DNA of 36,264 nt, from positions 1 to 36,264 of the IMG/VR virus record IMGVR_UViG_2778261165_000017; one strand, written 5' to 3'. The stretch's first letter is position 1. The number at the start of each line of letters is the position of its first letter. Below the pieces are notes generated by a model. It searched no databases and was not told the DNA's origin. It was given only the letters and a program-made list of their open reading frames with translations. This DNA comes from a virus. Its lineage: Duplodnaviria; Heunggongvirae; Uroviricota; Caudoviricetes. This document shows, in pieces, positions 26,106-36,264 of the stretch. The position numbers and the translations under genes are program-made.

Positions 26106-26810
26106 ATGTCCTCTAATTTTGAACGTTCTCAGCAGACCAAAGTCATGATCTCGTCTGCACCGGTAACGGCAGAAACGCTGAGTTCTGCCAGTTTTCTTGA
26201 ACTGAGCTGTACGATTAAAGAGGTTCAGTTTACCGCCGGGCAGAAACAGGATATTGATGTCACCACGCTGTGTTCTGTTGAGCAGGAAAATATTAACGGT
26301 CTTGGTGCCGCGTCAGAGATTTCCATGTCAGGCAACTTTTATCTGAATGCTGCCCAGAACGCGTTGCGCAGTGCCTATGACAATGACACCACGTATGGCT
26401 TTAAAGTTATTTTTCCGTCAGGCAACGGATTTACCTTTATGGCAGAGGTGCGTCAGCATACCTGGTCTGCAGGAACCAATGGAGTTGTGGCTGCAACGTT
26501 TTCCCTGCGCCTGAAAGGTAAACCTGTACTGACGACAGAGCCACTGAAAGTGAAGGTCGATTTAAACAGCACGCTGCAGGTTTCTGCCGGAGCGAAACTC
26601 GAAATGGTGGTTGAGGCTGCCGGTGGTGTGCCGCCTTATTCTTATGTCTGGAAGAAAGGTGGTTCTCCTGTTTCCGGACAGACGGCGGCAACGTTCAGTA
26701 AGGCATCAGCAGCATCCGGTGATGCCGGTGCGTATACCTGCGAGATTTCTGATTCAGCAAGCCCGGTTAGCAAGGTGACCTCCACTTCCTGCACTGTTAC
26801 CGTCAGTTAA
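26106..26810 (+). CDS. Major tail protein with C-terminal Ig-like domain (234 aa)
   Basis: AGGAG RBS; C-terminal Ig-like region (PPYSYVW...GAYTC); position before the chaperone gene. Confidence 0.8.
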   Translation: MSSNFERSQQTKVMISSAPVTAETLSSASFLELSCTIKEVQFTAGQKQDIDVTTLCSVEQENINGLGAASEISMSGNFYLNAAQNALRSAYDNDTTYGFKVIFPSGNGFTFMAEVRQHTWSAGTNGVVAATFSLRLKGKPVLTTEPLKVKVDLNSTLQVSAGAKLEMVVEAAGGVPPYSYVWKKGGSPVSGQTAATFSKASAASGDAGAYTCEISDSASPVSKVTSTSCTVTVS

Positions 26811-26824
26811 TGAGGATAGATGTG

Positions 26825-27196
26825 ATGACTAAAAATATCCGTAATCTGGCACTGGCAACGATGTCGGGGTTTCGCCATAAAACTGTTGATGTGCCTGAAT
26901 GGGAAGGGGCAACGGTTGTATTACGGGAACCTTCTGCAGAAGCCTGGTTGCGCTGGCAGGAGATCGTTAAAGCAAAAGATGATGAGACACCGTTATCCGT
27001 TGCGGAGCGCGCCCGCCGAAATCTGGAGGCAGATGTTGAACTGTTCATTGATGTTCTGTGTGATACCGGACTGCAACCTGTATTTTCAGAGGATGATCGT
27101 GAACAGGTGATTGCCGTGTATGGCCCGGTGCATGCGCGGCTTCTTCGGCAGTCTCTGGAACTGATCAGTGATGCCGGCGAGGTTAAAAAAAAGTAG
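26825..27196 (+). CDS. Tail assembly chaperone (G-like, 123 aa)
   Basis: GAGGA RBS 7 nt before ATG 26825; ends at a poly-A slippery site. Confidence 0.7.
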   Translation: MTKNIRNLALATMSGFRHKTVDVPEWEGATVVLREPSAEAWLRWQEIVKAKDDETPLSVAERARRNLEADVELFIDVLCDTGLQPVFSEDDREQVIAVYGPVHARLLRQSLELISDAGEVKKK

Positions 27197-27498
27197 CGCT
27201 TCCGGGGATGCGTTTTCTGATGATGCTGGCGCTCAGGATGGGGCGCACATTGTCAGAGTTACGCCGGGAAATGTCCGCATCAGAAATCATGATGTGGGCA
27301 GAATTTGACAGGTTCAGCCCGCTGGGTGATGAGCGGGCTGATATCCGGGCTGCCCAGATAGTTTCTGCGGTTTACGGTGCGCAGGGTGTCAAAGTACCAC
27401 TGAATGATGCGCTTCTTCAGTGGGGGCAAGATTCTGAAGAAAATAAATGCGATGATCCATTTATTGGATTAGAGGTTGCTCTAATGTCTTCATTATAA
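27187..27498 (+). CDS. -1 frame extension giving the G-T fusion (T-like); slippery heptamer A AAA AAG at 27187..27193
   Basis: The -1 frame is open from 27187 to 27498 and has no start or RBS of its own. Confidence 0.65.
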   Translation, partial: KKVALPGMRFLMMLALRMGRTLSELRREMSASEIMMWAEFDRFSPLGDERADIRAAQIVSAVYGAQGVKVPLNDALLQWGQDSEENKCDDPFIGLEVALMSSL

Positions 27499-27556
27499 GA
27501 TAATTTATTAATCGTTTTGAAATTGAATATATTATTCAAACTCAGGAGGGTTAATT

Positions 27557-27898
27557 ATGAGAAATTTAGTGGTGACATTGGCTTGTATATTCTTTATTAG
27601 TGCATGTAAACCATCAGATAATTATGTTATTTCTTTAGGGGAAGACTTAGTTAAAGATAAACTTATTGATCCTGATAGTGCAAAGTTTAATTCTTTTTTC
27701 CATAAGTCAGGTGATTTATATGGCTATGTTTGTGGAGATGTCAATTCAAAAAACACGTTTGGTGGATATACAGGGAAGAAACCATATTTTGTTTATTTGG
27801 AAGTTGTGGACGGAAAAGTTAAGAGTCATGGAACTGTAACAATTGTTAATGACCATGACCCGGGCGGTATGGAAAAATATAAGTTGTTTTGCCAATAA
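27557..27898 (+). CDS. Lipoprotein encoded by an AT-rich insertion (113 aa)
   Basis: Signal peptide with lipobox FISAC; AGGAGGG RBS; markedly AT-rich; followed by its own terminator. Confidence 0.7.
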   Translation: MRNLVVTLACIFFISACKPSDNYVISLGEDLVKDKLIDPDSAKFNSFFHKSGDLYGYVCGDVNSKNTFGGYTGKKPYFVYLEVVDGKVKSHGTVTIVNDHDPGGMEKYKLFCQ

Positions 27899-27910
27899 TT
27901 ATCATCTTAA

Positions 27911-27933
27911 AAAACCGCAGAAGCGGTTTTTTT
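27911..27933 (+). terminator. Intrinsic terminator after the lipoprotein gene
   Basis: A-tract, CCGC-AGAA-GCGG hairpin, then TTTTTTT. Confidence 0.6.
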
Positions 27934-27947
27934 ATGGGTTAAAGTAA

Positions 27948-30900
27948 ATGGCGACATTACGTGAACTGATTATTAAAATCTCGGCAAACTCCCGGTCATT
28001 CCAGTCAGAGATCGCCCGGGCTTCGCGTATGGGGCAGGATTACTACCGTACCATGCAGAACGGAGGCCGGCAGTCCGCTGCTGCATCCCGTGAAATGCGG
28101 CGTGCACTGGCAGAAGTGACGGATCAGATAAATACAGCTAAATCTTCGGCACTGAATATGGCGGGGGCATTTGCCGGAGCTTTTGCTACCGGTCATCTTA
28201 TTTCTCTCGCCGATGAGTGGAATTCAGTAAATGCCCGTCTGAAGCAGGCTTCACAGTCCAGTGATGATTTTCAGGTATCACAACGTGAATTAATGGCAAT
28301 CAGCCAGAGAACGGGAACGGCGTTTTCTGATAACGCCAGCCTTTTTGCCCGCTCTGCAGCTTCCATGCGGAAGTATGGCTACAGTTCTGAGGAGGTACTG
28401 AAAGTCACCGAGGCGATCTCCACGGGCCTGAAATTATCCGGTGCCAGTACAGCAGAAGCCAGTTCGGTGATCACGCAGTTCAGTCAGGCACTGGCGCAGG
28501 GAGTGCTGCGCGGTGAAGAGTTTAACTCGGTGAATGAGAACGGCGATCGTGTTATTCGTGCGCTGGCTGCGGGAATGGGGGTTGCCCGTAAGGATCTGAA
28601 GGCCATGGCGGATAACGGAAAGTTGACCGCCGATAAGGTTGTTCCTGCACTGATTAGTCAGCTTGGGGCATTACGTGATGAATATGCGGCAATGCCTGAT
28701 ACGGTTTCATCCTCTGCAACCAAAGTTGAAAACGCCTTTATGGCCTGGGTTGGTGGTGCGAACGAGGCAAGCGGAGTGACGAAGACGCTCTCCGGTGTGC
28801 TGAATGGTATTGCAGGCAATATTGACACCGTGGCAACCGCTGCCGGTGCTCTGGTTGCCGTCGGGGTAGCCCGATATTTTGGCAATATGGCGTCGTCTGC
28901 TGGATCTGCAACTGCCGGATTAATTACTGCAGCCAGAAACGAAGTGGCTCTTGCTGAAGCGCAACTTCGGGGGACACAGATAGCAACCGCCAGGGCGCGT
29001 GCGGCGGTTTATCGTGCGCAACAGGCGGTTGTTGCTGCTCGCGGTACCGAAAGGCAGGCAGCCGCAGAAGCGAAACTGGCTGCTGCCCAGGCATCACTTA
29101 CCCGTAATATTGCGGCCAGAACAGCGGCACAGACAACGCTGAATACTGTCACGTCAGTGGGGAGTCGTCTGTTAAGTGGTGCGCTGGGGTTGGTTGGTGG
29201 TGTGCCGGGACTCGTCATGCTGGGGGCGACGGCCTGGTACACGATGTATCAGAATCAGGAGCAGGCCAGAGAATCTGCACGCCAGTATGCCGCAACAATC
29301 GACGAAATTCGCCAGAAAACGTCGGCAATGTCGCTTCCTGAAGCGTCAGATAATGAGGAAAAGACGCGGCAGGCACTTGATGAGCAAAACAGGTTAATTG
29401 ACGAGCAGAAAAGTAAGATTAAATCCTTACAGGAAAAAATTGCTGGCTATCAGTATGTGCTGGCAAACCCGGGCTGGACAACCGATAACGGTTTTATGAT
29501 TAACCACATGACGTCGGTAAAAACTGTCACAGAAGGGCTTGCAGAAGCAACAAATCAACTGGCAGTTGAACAGTCCCGTCTCACACAAATGCAGGGCAAA
29601 GCGCAATCCATTCAGGATGTGCTTGCCGGGCTGGAGGAGCGACGGGTGGCGTTGATCCGTCAACAGGCCGCGGAACAAAACAAAGCGTATCAGTCCCTGT
29701 TGATCATGAATGGGCAGCATACCGAGTTTAATCGCCTTCTCGGGCTCGGTAATGAATTACTTCAGCAGCGACAGGGGCTGGTGAATGTACCGTTACGGCT
29801 ACCACAGGCAACCCTGGATGATAAACAGCAGACCGCACTGAATAACAGTGAGCGCGAACTGGCTCTGTCCCGCCTGAAGGGGGAAGCCCGTGAGCGTGCC
29901 CGCCTGGGTTATGCTGCGGATGATCTCGGCTTTGTGGGAGAGGCGTATCAGACAGCCAGACAGAATTATATCAATAACTCACTGGATGCCTGGCGAAATA
30001 ACCAGGCAAATAAACCCAAAGCGCATAAAAAGACCGAAGCGGAAAAAACAGAAGATATTTATAAACGGCTGATTAAACAGCAAAAAGAACAAATAGCACT
30101 GGCAGGGCAGAATACTGAACTGGCTAAGATGAAATATCAGGTCAGTCAGGGCGAATTATCAACCCTGTCAGAAGCGCAGAAAAAAACGCTTTTGCAGAAT
30201 GCAGCACTCATCGACCAGAAAAAGATTCGTGAGCAGCTTGCTGCGTATGAGAGCAGTCTGGCGGACAGTAATGCCAGTGCCCGGGCATCTGACGACGCGC
30301 AGTTGCTGGGATATGGTGAAGGCTCACGGATGCGTGAACGACTCCAGGAAATGTGGAGTATCCGGCAGACGTTTGAGCAGAAAAATAACGAGCTGCTGAG
30401 ACAGTATCAGGCCGGAGAAATTGAAGAAGCCCTGTGGAAACAGGAGAAAGAACTGAATAAAAAATATCTGGAAGAGCGTCTCAGCGATCAGCAGGATTAT
30501 TATGCAAAGGCCGATGCTTTACGTAATAACTGGAATGCCGGACTCCAGGAGGGGCTGACGAACTGGGCAGACAGTGCCACCGATTATGCTTCGCAGGCGG
30601 CAGATGCTGTCGTTTCCACTATGGACGGGCTGGTATCAAATATTTCCGATGCACTGGCCGGAAATGTTGTGGATTGGAGAAACTGGGGGAGTTCAATCCT
30701 CCAGGAAGTTTCAAAAATTCTGATGAACGCTGCCATCGTTAACGGGCTGAAGTCACTTTCCAAAAGCATGTCCGGTGCCGGAGGATGGCTTGGTACGGTC
30801 GGCGACTGGCTTTCCGGTGCAGTGGCAAACGCAAAAGGTGGTGTTTATACATCGGCAAATCTGAGTGCTTACAGTAACACCATTGTGGATACCCCGACGT

Positions 30901-31187
30901 ATTTTGCTTTTGCGAAAGGTGCCGGGCTGATGGGCGAGGCAGGGCCTGAAGCTATCATGCCACTGACCCGGGCAGCGGACGGCTCTCTTGGAGTCAGAGC
31001 CATTGGCAATGTGAATGGTGGCGGGGGATTTGTTTATTCTCCCGTGTATCACATCAGTATTCAGAATAAAGGGAGCAATGGCGAGATAGATACGCAGTCA
31101 GCCAGGGGGCTGGTGGAACTGATCGACAGCAGGGTTGTGTCAATTATGCAGTCATCACGTCGGGACGGAGGATTATGCAGTGCCTGA
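27948..31187 (+). CDS. H: Tail tape measure protein (H-like, 1079 aa)
   Basis: Very long Ala/Gln-rich coiled-coil ORF between G/T and M. Confidence 0.9.
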   Translation: MATLRELIIKISANSRSFQSEIARASRMGQDYYRTMQNGGRQSAAASREMRRALAEVTDQINTAKSSALNMAGAFAGAFATGHLISLADEWNSVNARLKQASQSSDDFQVSQRELMAISQRTGTAFSDNASLFARSAASMRKYGYSSEEVLKVTEAISTGLKLSGASTAEASSVITQFSQALAQGVLRGEEFNSVNENGDRVIRALAAGMGVARKDLKAMADNGKLTADKVVPALISQLGALRDEYAAMPDTVSSSATKVENAFMAWVGGANEASGVTKTLSGVLNGIAGNIDTVATAAGALVAVGVARYFGNMASSAGSATAGLITAARNEVALAEAQLRGTQIATARARAAVYRAQQAVVAARGTERQAAAEAKLAAAQASLTRNIAARTAAQTTLNTVTSVGSRLLSGALGLVGGVPGLVMLGATAWYTMYQNQEQARESARQYAATIDEIRQKTSAMSLPEASDNEEKTRQALDEQNRLIDEQKSKIKSLQEKIAGYQYVLANPGWTTDNGFMINHMTSVKTVTEGLAEATNQLAVEQSRLTQMQGKAQSIQDVLAGLEERRVALIRQQAAEQNKAYQSLLIMNGQHTEFNRLLGLGNELLQQRQGLVNVPLRLPQATLDDKQQTALNNSERELALSRLKGEARERARLGYAADDLGFVGEAYQTARQNYINNSLDAWRNNQANKPKAHKKTEAEKTEDIYKRLIKQQKEQIALAGQNTELAKMKYQVSQGELSTLSEAQKKTLLQNAALIDQKKIREQLAAYESSLADSNASARASDDAQLLGYGEGSRMRERLQEMWSIRQTFEQKNNELLRQYQAGEIEEALWKQEKELNKKYLEERLSDQQDYYAKADALRNNWNAGLQEGLTNWADSATDYASQAADAVVSTMDGLVSNISDALAGNVVDWRNWGSSILQEVSKILMNAAIVNGLKSLSKSMSGAGGWLGTVGDWLSGAVANAKGGVYTSANLSAYSNTIVDTPTYFAFAKGAGLMGEAGPEAIMPLTRAADGSLGVRAIGNVNGGGGFVYSPVYHISIQNKGSNGEIDTQSARGLVELIDSRVVSIMQSSRRDGGLCSA

Positions 31188-31521
31188 GTCTGAAGTTTTT
31201 AACTGGATCCCCCGCGAGGGGATGGAGACGACACGAAAGCCATCTGTTATTACGGTAAAGTTCGGTGACGGATATGAACAGCGACGGGCTGGTGGTCTGA
31301 ATGCGGATCTGAAAACGTTTAAACCGGTATTTCGTGTCACAGATGAATATTCCCGTGCCGCGCTGGACAGTTTTTTATCCCGTCATGCCGGGATTCGTGC
31401 TTTTTTGTGGCGTCCGCCAAAACACAACAGGACTGTCCGGGTTGTCTGCAGGGAGTGGAGCATTTCGGATAATGCCATGTATACCGATTTTAACTGTACC
31501 TTTGAAGAGGTCACTCACTGA
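31180..31521 (+). CDS. M: Minor tail protein M (113 aa)
   Basis: Region VKFGDGYEQRRAGGLNADLKT matches lambda M as recalled; GTG start with GGAGG 9 nt upstream, overlapping the H stop. Confidence 0.8.
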   Translation: MPESEVFNWIPREGMETTRKPSVITVKFGDGYEQRRAGGLNADLKTFKPVFRVTDEYSRAALDSFLSRHAGIRAFLWRPPKHNRTVRVVCREWSISDNAMYTDFNCTFEEVTH

Positions 31522-32219
31522 TGCAGGATATACAGCAGGAAACACTCAATGAGTGCACTAAAACGGAGCAATCCGCGCTGGTCGTGCTCTGGGAAATTGA
31601 TCTGACAGAGGTCGGCGGAGATCGTTATTTCTTCTGTAATGAGCAGAACGAAAAAGGTGAAGCAGTCACCTGGCAGGGGCGGCAGTATCAGGCCTATCCC
31701 ATTCAGGGAAGTGGATTTGAGATGAACGGCAAAGGAGCCAGTGCAAGGCCAACGCTGAAAGTCTCTAATATGCACGGCATGGTCACAGGGATGGCGGAAG
31801 ATCTGCAGAGTCTGGTCGGCGGAACGGTGGTCAGGCGTAAGGTTTACGCCCGTTTTCTGGATGCGGTGAACTTCGTCAACGGAAACAGCGAAGCCGATCC
31901 GGAGCAGGAGGTAATCAGCCGCTGGCGCATCGAGCAGTGCAGCGAACTGAGCGCGGTGAGTGCCTCCTTTGTACTGTCCACGCCGACGGAAACGGATGGC
32001 GCTGTTTTTCCGGGGCGCATCATGCTGGCCAACACCTGCACCTGGACCTATCGTGGTGATGAGTGTGGTTATAGCGGTCCGGCGGTCGCGGATGAATATG
32101 ACCAGCCGACGTCCGATATCACGAAGGATAAATGCAGCAAATGCCTGAGTGGCTGTAAGTTTCGCAATAATGTCGGCAACTTTGGCGGCTTCCTTTCCAT
32201 TAACAAACTTTCGCAGTAA
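31521..32219 (+). CDS. L: Minor tail protein L (232 aa)
   Basis: Near-identical to lambda L as recalled (MQDI.QETLNEC...KCSKCLSGCKFRNNVGNFGGFLSINKLSQ). Confidence 0.9.
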   Translation: MQDIQQETLNECTKTEQSALVVLWEIDLTEVGGDRYFFCNEQNEKGEAVTWQGRQYQAYPIQGSGFEMNGKGASARPTLKVSNMHGMVTGMAEDLQSLVGGTVVRRKVYARFLDAVNFVNGNSEADPEQEVISRWRIEQCSELSAVSASFVLSTPTETDGAVFPGRIMLANTCTWTYRGDECGYSGPAVADEYDQPTSDITKDKCSKCLSGCKFRNNVGNFGGFLSINKLSQ

Positions 32220-32224
32220 ATCCC

Positions 32225-32968
32225 ATGACAGAGACAGAATCAGCGATTCTGGCGCACGCCCGGCGATGTGCGCCAGCGGAGTCGTGCGGCTTCGTGGTGA
32301 GAACGCCGGAGGAGGAAAGATATTTTCCCTGCGTGAATATCTCCGGTGAACCGGAGGATTATTTCCGGATGGCTCCGGAGGACTGGCTGCAGGCCAAAAT
32401 GCAGGGTGAGATTGTGGCGCTGGTCCACAGCCACCCCGGTGGTCTGCCCTGGCTGAGTGAGGCTGACCGGCGGCTGCAGGTGCAGAGTGATTTGCCGTGG
32501 TGGCTGGTCTGCCGGGGTGAGATTCACAAGTTCCGCTGTGTGTCGCATCTCACCGGGCGTCGCTTTGAGTACGGGGTGACGGACTGTTACACGCTGTTCC
32601 GGGATGCTTACCATCTGGCGGGGATTGAGATGCCGGATTTTCATCGCGGGGATGACTGGTGGCGTAACGGCCAGAATCTCTATCTTGACAATATGGAGGC
32701 GACTGGTTTTTACCGTGTCGCACTGACAGAGGCGCAGCCGGGCGATGTGCTGCTGTGCTGCTTTGGATCATCGGTGCCGAATCATGCCGCCATTTACTGT
32801 GGCGGCGGCGAGCTGCTGCACCATATTCCTGAACAACTGAGCAAACGAGAGAGGTATACCGACAAATGGCAGCGACGCACACACTCCCTCTGGCGTCACC
32901 GGGCATGGCACGCATCTGCCTTTACGGGGATTTGCAACGATTTGGCCGCCGCATCGACCTTCGTGTGA
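32225..32968 (+). CDS. K: Tail tip assembly protein K (MPN/JAMM plus NlpC/P60 domains, 247 aa)
   Basis: HSHPGG...SEAD motif; C-terminus matches lambda K; the classical 199-aa lambda start corresponds to ATG 32369. Confidence 0.85.
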   Translation: MTETESAILAHARRCAPAESCGFVVRTPEEERYFPCVNISGEPEDYFRMAPEDWLQAKMQGEIVALVHSHPGGLPWLSEADRRLQVQSDLPWWLVCRGEIHKFRCVSHLTGRRFEYGVTDCYTLFRDAYHLAGIEMPDFHRGDDWWRNGQNLYLDNMEATGFYRVALTEAQPGDVLLCCFGSSVPNHAAIYCGGGELLHHIPEQLSKRERYTDKWQRRTHSLWRHRAWHASAFTGICNDLAAASTFV

Positions 32969-33513
32969 AAACGGGGGCCGAAGCCATCCGGGCGCTGGCC
33001 ACACAGCTCCCGGCGTTTCGTCAGAAACTGAATGAGGGCTGGTATCAGGTGCGCATTGCCGGGCGTGATGCAGGCGAAAATGAATTATCTGCCCGTCTTA
33101 ATGAGCCGCTGGCAAATGGTGCCGTGATCCACATCGTGCCGCGTCTGGCGGGAGCTAAAAGTGGCGGTGTGTTTCAGGTGGTGCTTGGGGCGGCGCTGAT
33201 TGCGGTGGCATGGTGGAACCCTGTGGGCTGGCTGGGGGCCGCGGCTGTATCGGGCATGTATGCGGCAGGGGCCAGTATGATCCTGGGCGGAGCGGCGCAG
33301 ATGCTGGCACCGAAAGCCAGGACGCCCACGGCAGCCAGTACAGATAACGGCAAACAGAACACCTATTTTTCCTCACTGGATAACATGGTTGCTCAGGGCA
33401 ATGTTTTGCCTGTTCTGTACGGTGAAATGCGTGTGGGGTCGCGGGTGGTTTCTCAGGAGATCAGCACGGCAGACGAAGGGGACGGTGGTCAGGTTGTGGT
33501 GATTGGTCGCTGA
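32866..33513 (+). CDS. I: Tail tip assembly protein I (215 aa)
   Basis: Ends ...MRVGSRVVSQEISTADEGDGGQVVVIGR as lambda I is recalled to; 103-nt overlap with K as in lambda. Confidence 0.85.
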   Translation: MAATHTLPLASPGMARICLYGDLQRFGRRIDLRVKTGAEAIRALATQLPAFRQKLNEGWYQVRIAGRDAGENELSARLNEPLANGAVIHIVPRLAGAKSGGVFQVVLGAALIAVAWWNPVGWLGAAAVSGMYAAGASMILGGAAQMLAPKARTPTAASTDNGKQNTYFSSLDNMVAQGNVLPVLYGEMRVGSRVVSQEISTADEGDGGQVVVIGR

Positions 33514-33534
33514 TGCAAAATGTTTTATGTGAAA

Positions 33535-33552
33535 CCGCCTCCGGGCGGTTTT
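33535..33552 (+). terminator. Hairpin with U-tract between I and J
   Basis: CCGCC-TCCG-GGCGG followed by TTTTGTCGTTT. Confidence 0.45.
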
Positions 33553-33573
33553 GTCGTTTATGGAGCGTGAGGA

Positions 33574-36264
33574 ATGGGTAAAGGCAGCAGTAAGGGGCAT
33601 ACCCCGCGCGAAGCGAAGGACAACCTGAAATCATCCCAGATGCTGAGCGTGATAGACGCCATCAGTGAAGGGCCGATTGAAGGTCCGGTGGACGGATTAA
33701 AAAGTGTGCTGCTGAACAGTACGCCAGTGCTGGACAGTGAGGGGAATACCAATATCTCCGGTGTCACGGTGGTTTTCCGGGCAGGTGAGCAGGAGCAGAC
33801 ACCGCCGGAGGGATTTGAATCCTCCGGCTCCGAGACGGTGCTGGGTACGGAAGTGAAGTGCGACACGCCGATTACCCGGACCATCACGTCTGCAAACATC
33901 GACCGTCTGCGCTTTACCTTCGGTGTGCAGGCACTGGTGGAAACCACCTCAAAGGGGGACCGGAATCCGTCGGAAGTCCGCCTGCTGGTTCAGATACAGC
34001 GTAACGGTGGTTGGGTGACGGAAAAAGACATCACCATTAAAGGCAAAACCACCTCACAGTATCTGGCCTCGGTGGTGGTGGGTAACCTGCCGCCGCGCCC
34101 GTTCAATATACGGATGCGCAGGATGACGCCGGACAGCACCACAGACCAGCTGCAGAACAAAACGCTCTGGTCGTCATACACCGAAATCATCGATGTGAAA
34201 CAGTGCTACCCGAACACGGCACTGGTCGGCGTGCAGGTGGATTCGGAGCAGTTCGGCAGCCAGCAGGTGAGCCGTAATTATCATCTGCGCGGGCGTATTC
34301 TGCAGGTGCCGTCGAATTATAACCCGCAGACGCGGCAATACAGCGGTATCTGGGACGGAACGTTTAAGCCAGCATACAGCAACAACATGGCCTGGTGTCT
34401 GTGGGATATGCTGACCCATCCGCGCTACGGCATGGGGAAACGTCTTGGTGCGGCGGATGTGGATAAATGGGCGCTGTATGTCATCGGCCAGTACTGCGAC
34501 CAGTCAGTGCCGGACGGCTTTGGCGGCACGGAGCCGCGCATTACCTGTAATGCGTACCTGACCACACAGCGCAAGGCGTGGGATGTGCTCAGTGATTTCT
34601 GCTCGGCGATGCGCTGTATGCCGGTATGGAACGGGCAGACGCTGACGTTCGTGCAGGACCGGCCATCGGATAAGGTGTGGACCTATAACCGCAGTAATGT
34701 GGTGATGCCGGATGATGGCGCGCCGTTCCGCTACAGTTTCAGCGCCCTGAAGGACCGTCATAATGCCGTTGAGGTGAACTGGATTGACCCGAATAACGGC
34801 TGGGAGACGGCGACAGAGCTTGTGGAGGATACGCAGGCCATTGTCCGTTACGGTCGTAACGTCACGAAGATGGATGCTTTTGGCTGTACCAGCCGGGGGC
34901 AGGCACACCGCGCCGGGCTGTGGCTGATTAAAACAGAACTGCTGGAAACGCAGACCGTGGACTTCAGCGTGGGCGCAGAAGGGCTTCGCCATGTGCCGGG
35001 CGATGTCATTGAAATCTGTGATGATGACTATGCCGGTATCAGCATCGGCGGTCGTGTGCTGGCGGTGAACAGCCAGACCCGGACGCTGACGCTCGACCGT
35101 GAAATCACGCTGCCATCCTCCGGTACCACGCTGATAAGCCTGGTTGACGGAAGTGGTAATCCGGTCAGCGTGGAGGTTCAGTCCGTCACCGACGGACTTA
35201 AGGTGAAAGTGAACCGGGTTCCTGACGGCGTTGCAGAATACAGTGTGTGGGGGCTGAAGCTGCCGACGTTGCGCCAGCGCCTGTTCCGCTGCGTGAGTAT
35301 CCGTGAGAACGACGACGGCACGTATGCCATCACTGCCGTGCAGCATGTGCCGGAGAAAGAGGCCATCGTGGATAACGGGGCGCACTTTGACGGTGACCAG
35401 AGCGGCACGGTGAATGGTGTCACGCCGCCAGCAGTGCAGCATCTGACCGCCGAAGTCACCGCAGACAGCGGGGAATATCAGGTACTGGCCCGCTGGGACA
35501 CGCCGAAGGTGGTGAAGGGCGTGAGCTTCCTGCTCCGTCTGACCGTAACAGCGGATGACGGCAGTGAGCGGCTGGTCAGCACGGTCCGGACGACGGAAAC
35601 CACATACCGCTTCAGGCAGCTGGCGCTGGGGCGTTACACGCTGACGGTCCGGGCGGCAAATGCCTGGGGGCAGCAGGGTGATCCGGCGTCGGTATCATTC
35701 CGGATTGCGGCACCGGCAGCGCCTGTCACTATTGAACTGATACCAGGGTATTTTCAGATAACAGCGGTCCCGAAACTGGCTGTATATGACCCGACGGTGC
35801 AGTTTGAGTTCTGGTTCTCGGAAAAGCGGATTACCGATATCAGGCAGGTTGAAACCACAGCCCGCTATCTTGGCACGGCGCTGTACTGGATAGCTGCCAG
35901 TAGCAATATTAAGCCGGGTTATGATTATTACTTTTATATCCGCAGCGTGAATACCGTTGGTAAATCGGCATTTGTGGAGGCCGTCGGTCGGGCGAGCGAT
36001 GATGCGGAAGGTTATCTGAATTTTTATAAAGGGTTGATCAATAAAACGCATCTCGGCAAGGAGCTACTGGAAAACTTTGAGCTGACGGAAGATAACGCCA
36101 GCAAACTGGAGCAGTTTTCGAAAGAGTGGAAGGACGCCAACGATAAGTGGAATGCCATGTGGGGCGTCAAAATTGAGCAGACCAAAGACGGCAAACATTA
36201 TGTCGCGGGTATTGGCCTCAGCATGGAGGACACGGAGGAAGGCAAACTGAGCCAGTTCCTGGTT
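33574..36264 (+). CDS. J: Tail tip / host-specificity protein J, 3'-truncated by the window end (first 897 codons)
   Basis: Hand-translated [38 protein letters not shown] matches lambda J; 60-nt I-J gap as in lambda; frame open to the window end. Confidence 0.9.
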   Translation, partial: MGKGSSKGHTPREAKDNLKSSQMLSVIDAISEGPIEGPVDGLKSVLLNSTPVLDSEGNTNISGVTVVFRAGEQEQTPPEGFESSGSETVLGTEVKCDTPITRTITSANIDRLRFTFGVQALVETTSKGDRNPSEVRLLVQIQRNGGWVTEKDITIKGKTTSQYLASVVVGNLPPRPFNIRMRRMTPDSTTDQLQNKTLWSSYTEIIDVKQCYPNTALVGVQVDSEQFGSQQVSRNYHLRGRILQVPSNYNPQTRQYSGIWDGTFKPAYSNNMAWCLWDMLTHPRYGMGKRLGAADVDKWALYVIGQYCDQSVPDGFGGTEPRITCNAYLTTQRKAWDVLSDFCSAMRCMPVWNGQTLTFVQDRPSDKVWTYNRSNVVMPDDGAPFRYSFSALKDRHNAVEVNWIDPNNGWETATELVEDTQAIVRYGRNVTKMDAFGCTSRGQAHRAGLWLIKTELLETQTVDFSVGAEGLRHVPGDVIEICDDDYAGISIGGRVLAVNSQTRTLTLDREITLPSSGTTLISLVDGSGNPVSVEVQSVTDGLKVKVNRVPDGVAEYSVWGLKLPTLRQRLFRCVSIRENDDGTYAITAVQHVPEKEAIVDNGAHFDGDQSGTVNGVTPPAVQHLTAEVTADSGEYQVLARWDTPKVVKGVSFLLRLTVTADDGSERLVSTVRTTETTYRFRQLALGRYTLTVRAANAWGQQGDPASVSFRIAAPAAPVTIELIPGYFQITAVPKLAVYDPTVQFEFWFSEKRITDIRQVETTARYLGTALYWIAASSNIKPGYDYYFYIRSVNTVGKSAFVEAVGRASDDAEGYLNFYKGLINKTHLGKELLENFELTEDNASKLEQFSKEWKDANDKWNAMWGVKIEQTKDGKHYVAGIGLSMEDTEEGKLSQFLV

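Noticed and set aside
34504-35442. 312-aa minus-strand ORF
   Set aside because: Lies entirely antisense within the J gene, whose plus-strand product matches lambda J; no RBS.

Overview
The window is about 36 kb of a lambdoid prophage of an enterobacterial (E. coli-like) host, read from the integrase (the left attachment site must lie just beyond position 1) through a 3'-truncated tail-tip gene J. Family names below come from reading the translated ORFs and from memory; nothing was searched. Left to right: int and xis; a large RecE/YdfE-like exonuclease; a leftward early operon that matches the Qin-type dicB operon (ydfA/ydfB/ydfC-like, DicF sRNA, dicB, ydfD-like); a ParE/ParD-like toxin-antitoxin pair; a DicA-like repressor, Cro-like and YdaT-like genes; a replication initiator with iterons inside its own gene; a nin-like block with a phage Dam-type methyltransferase and a hok/mok locus; DUF968, rusA and a Q-like antiterminator with late promoter and terminator; four tRNAs; a phage-21-type lysis cassette (pinholin, SAR endolysin, Rz/Rz1); HNH, terminase, HK97-like head genes; and a lambda-collinear tail (G/T frameshift, H, M, L, K, I, J). 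Three insertions into this backbone stand out as cargo: a low-GC convergent gene pair inside the dicB operon, the ParDE-like pair between the repressor and the left operator, and an AT-rich lipoprotein cassette between the tail chaperone and the tape measure gene. An unrecognised gene also sits between holin and endolysin.
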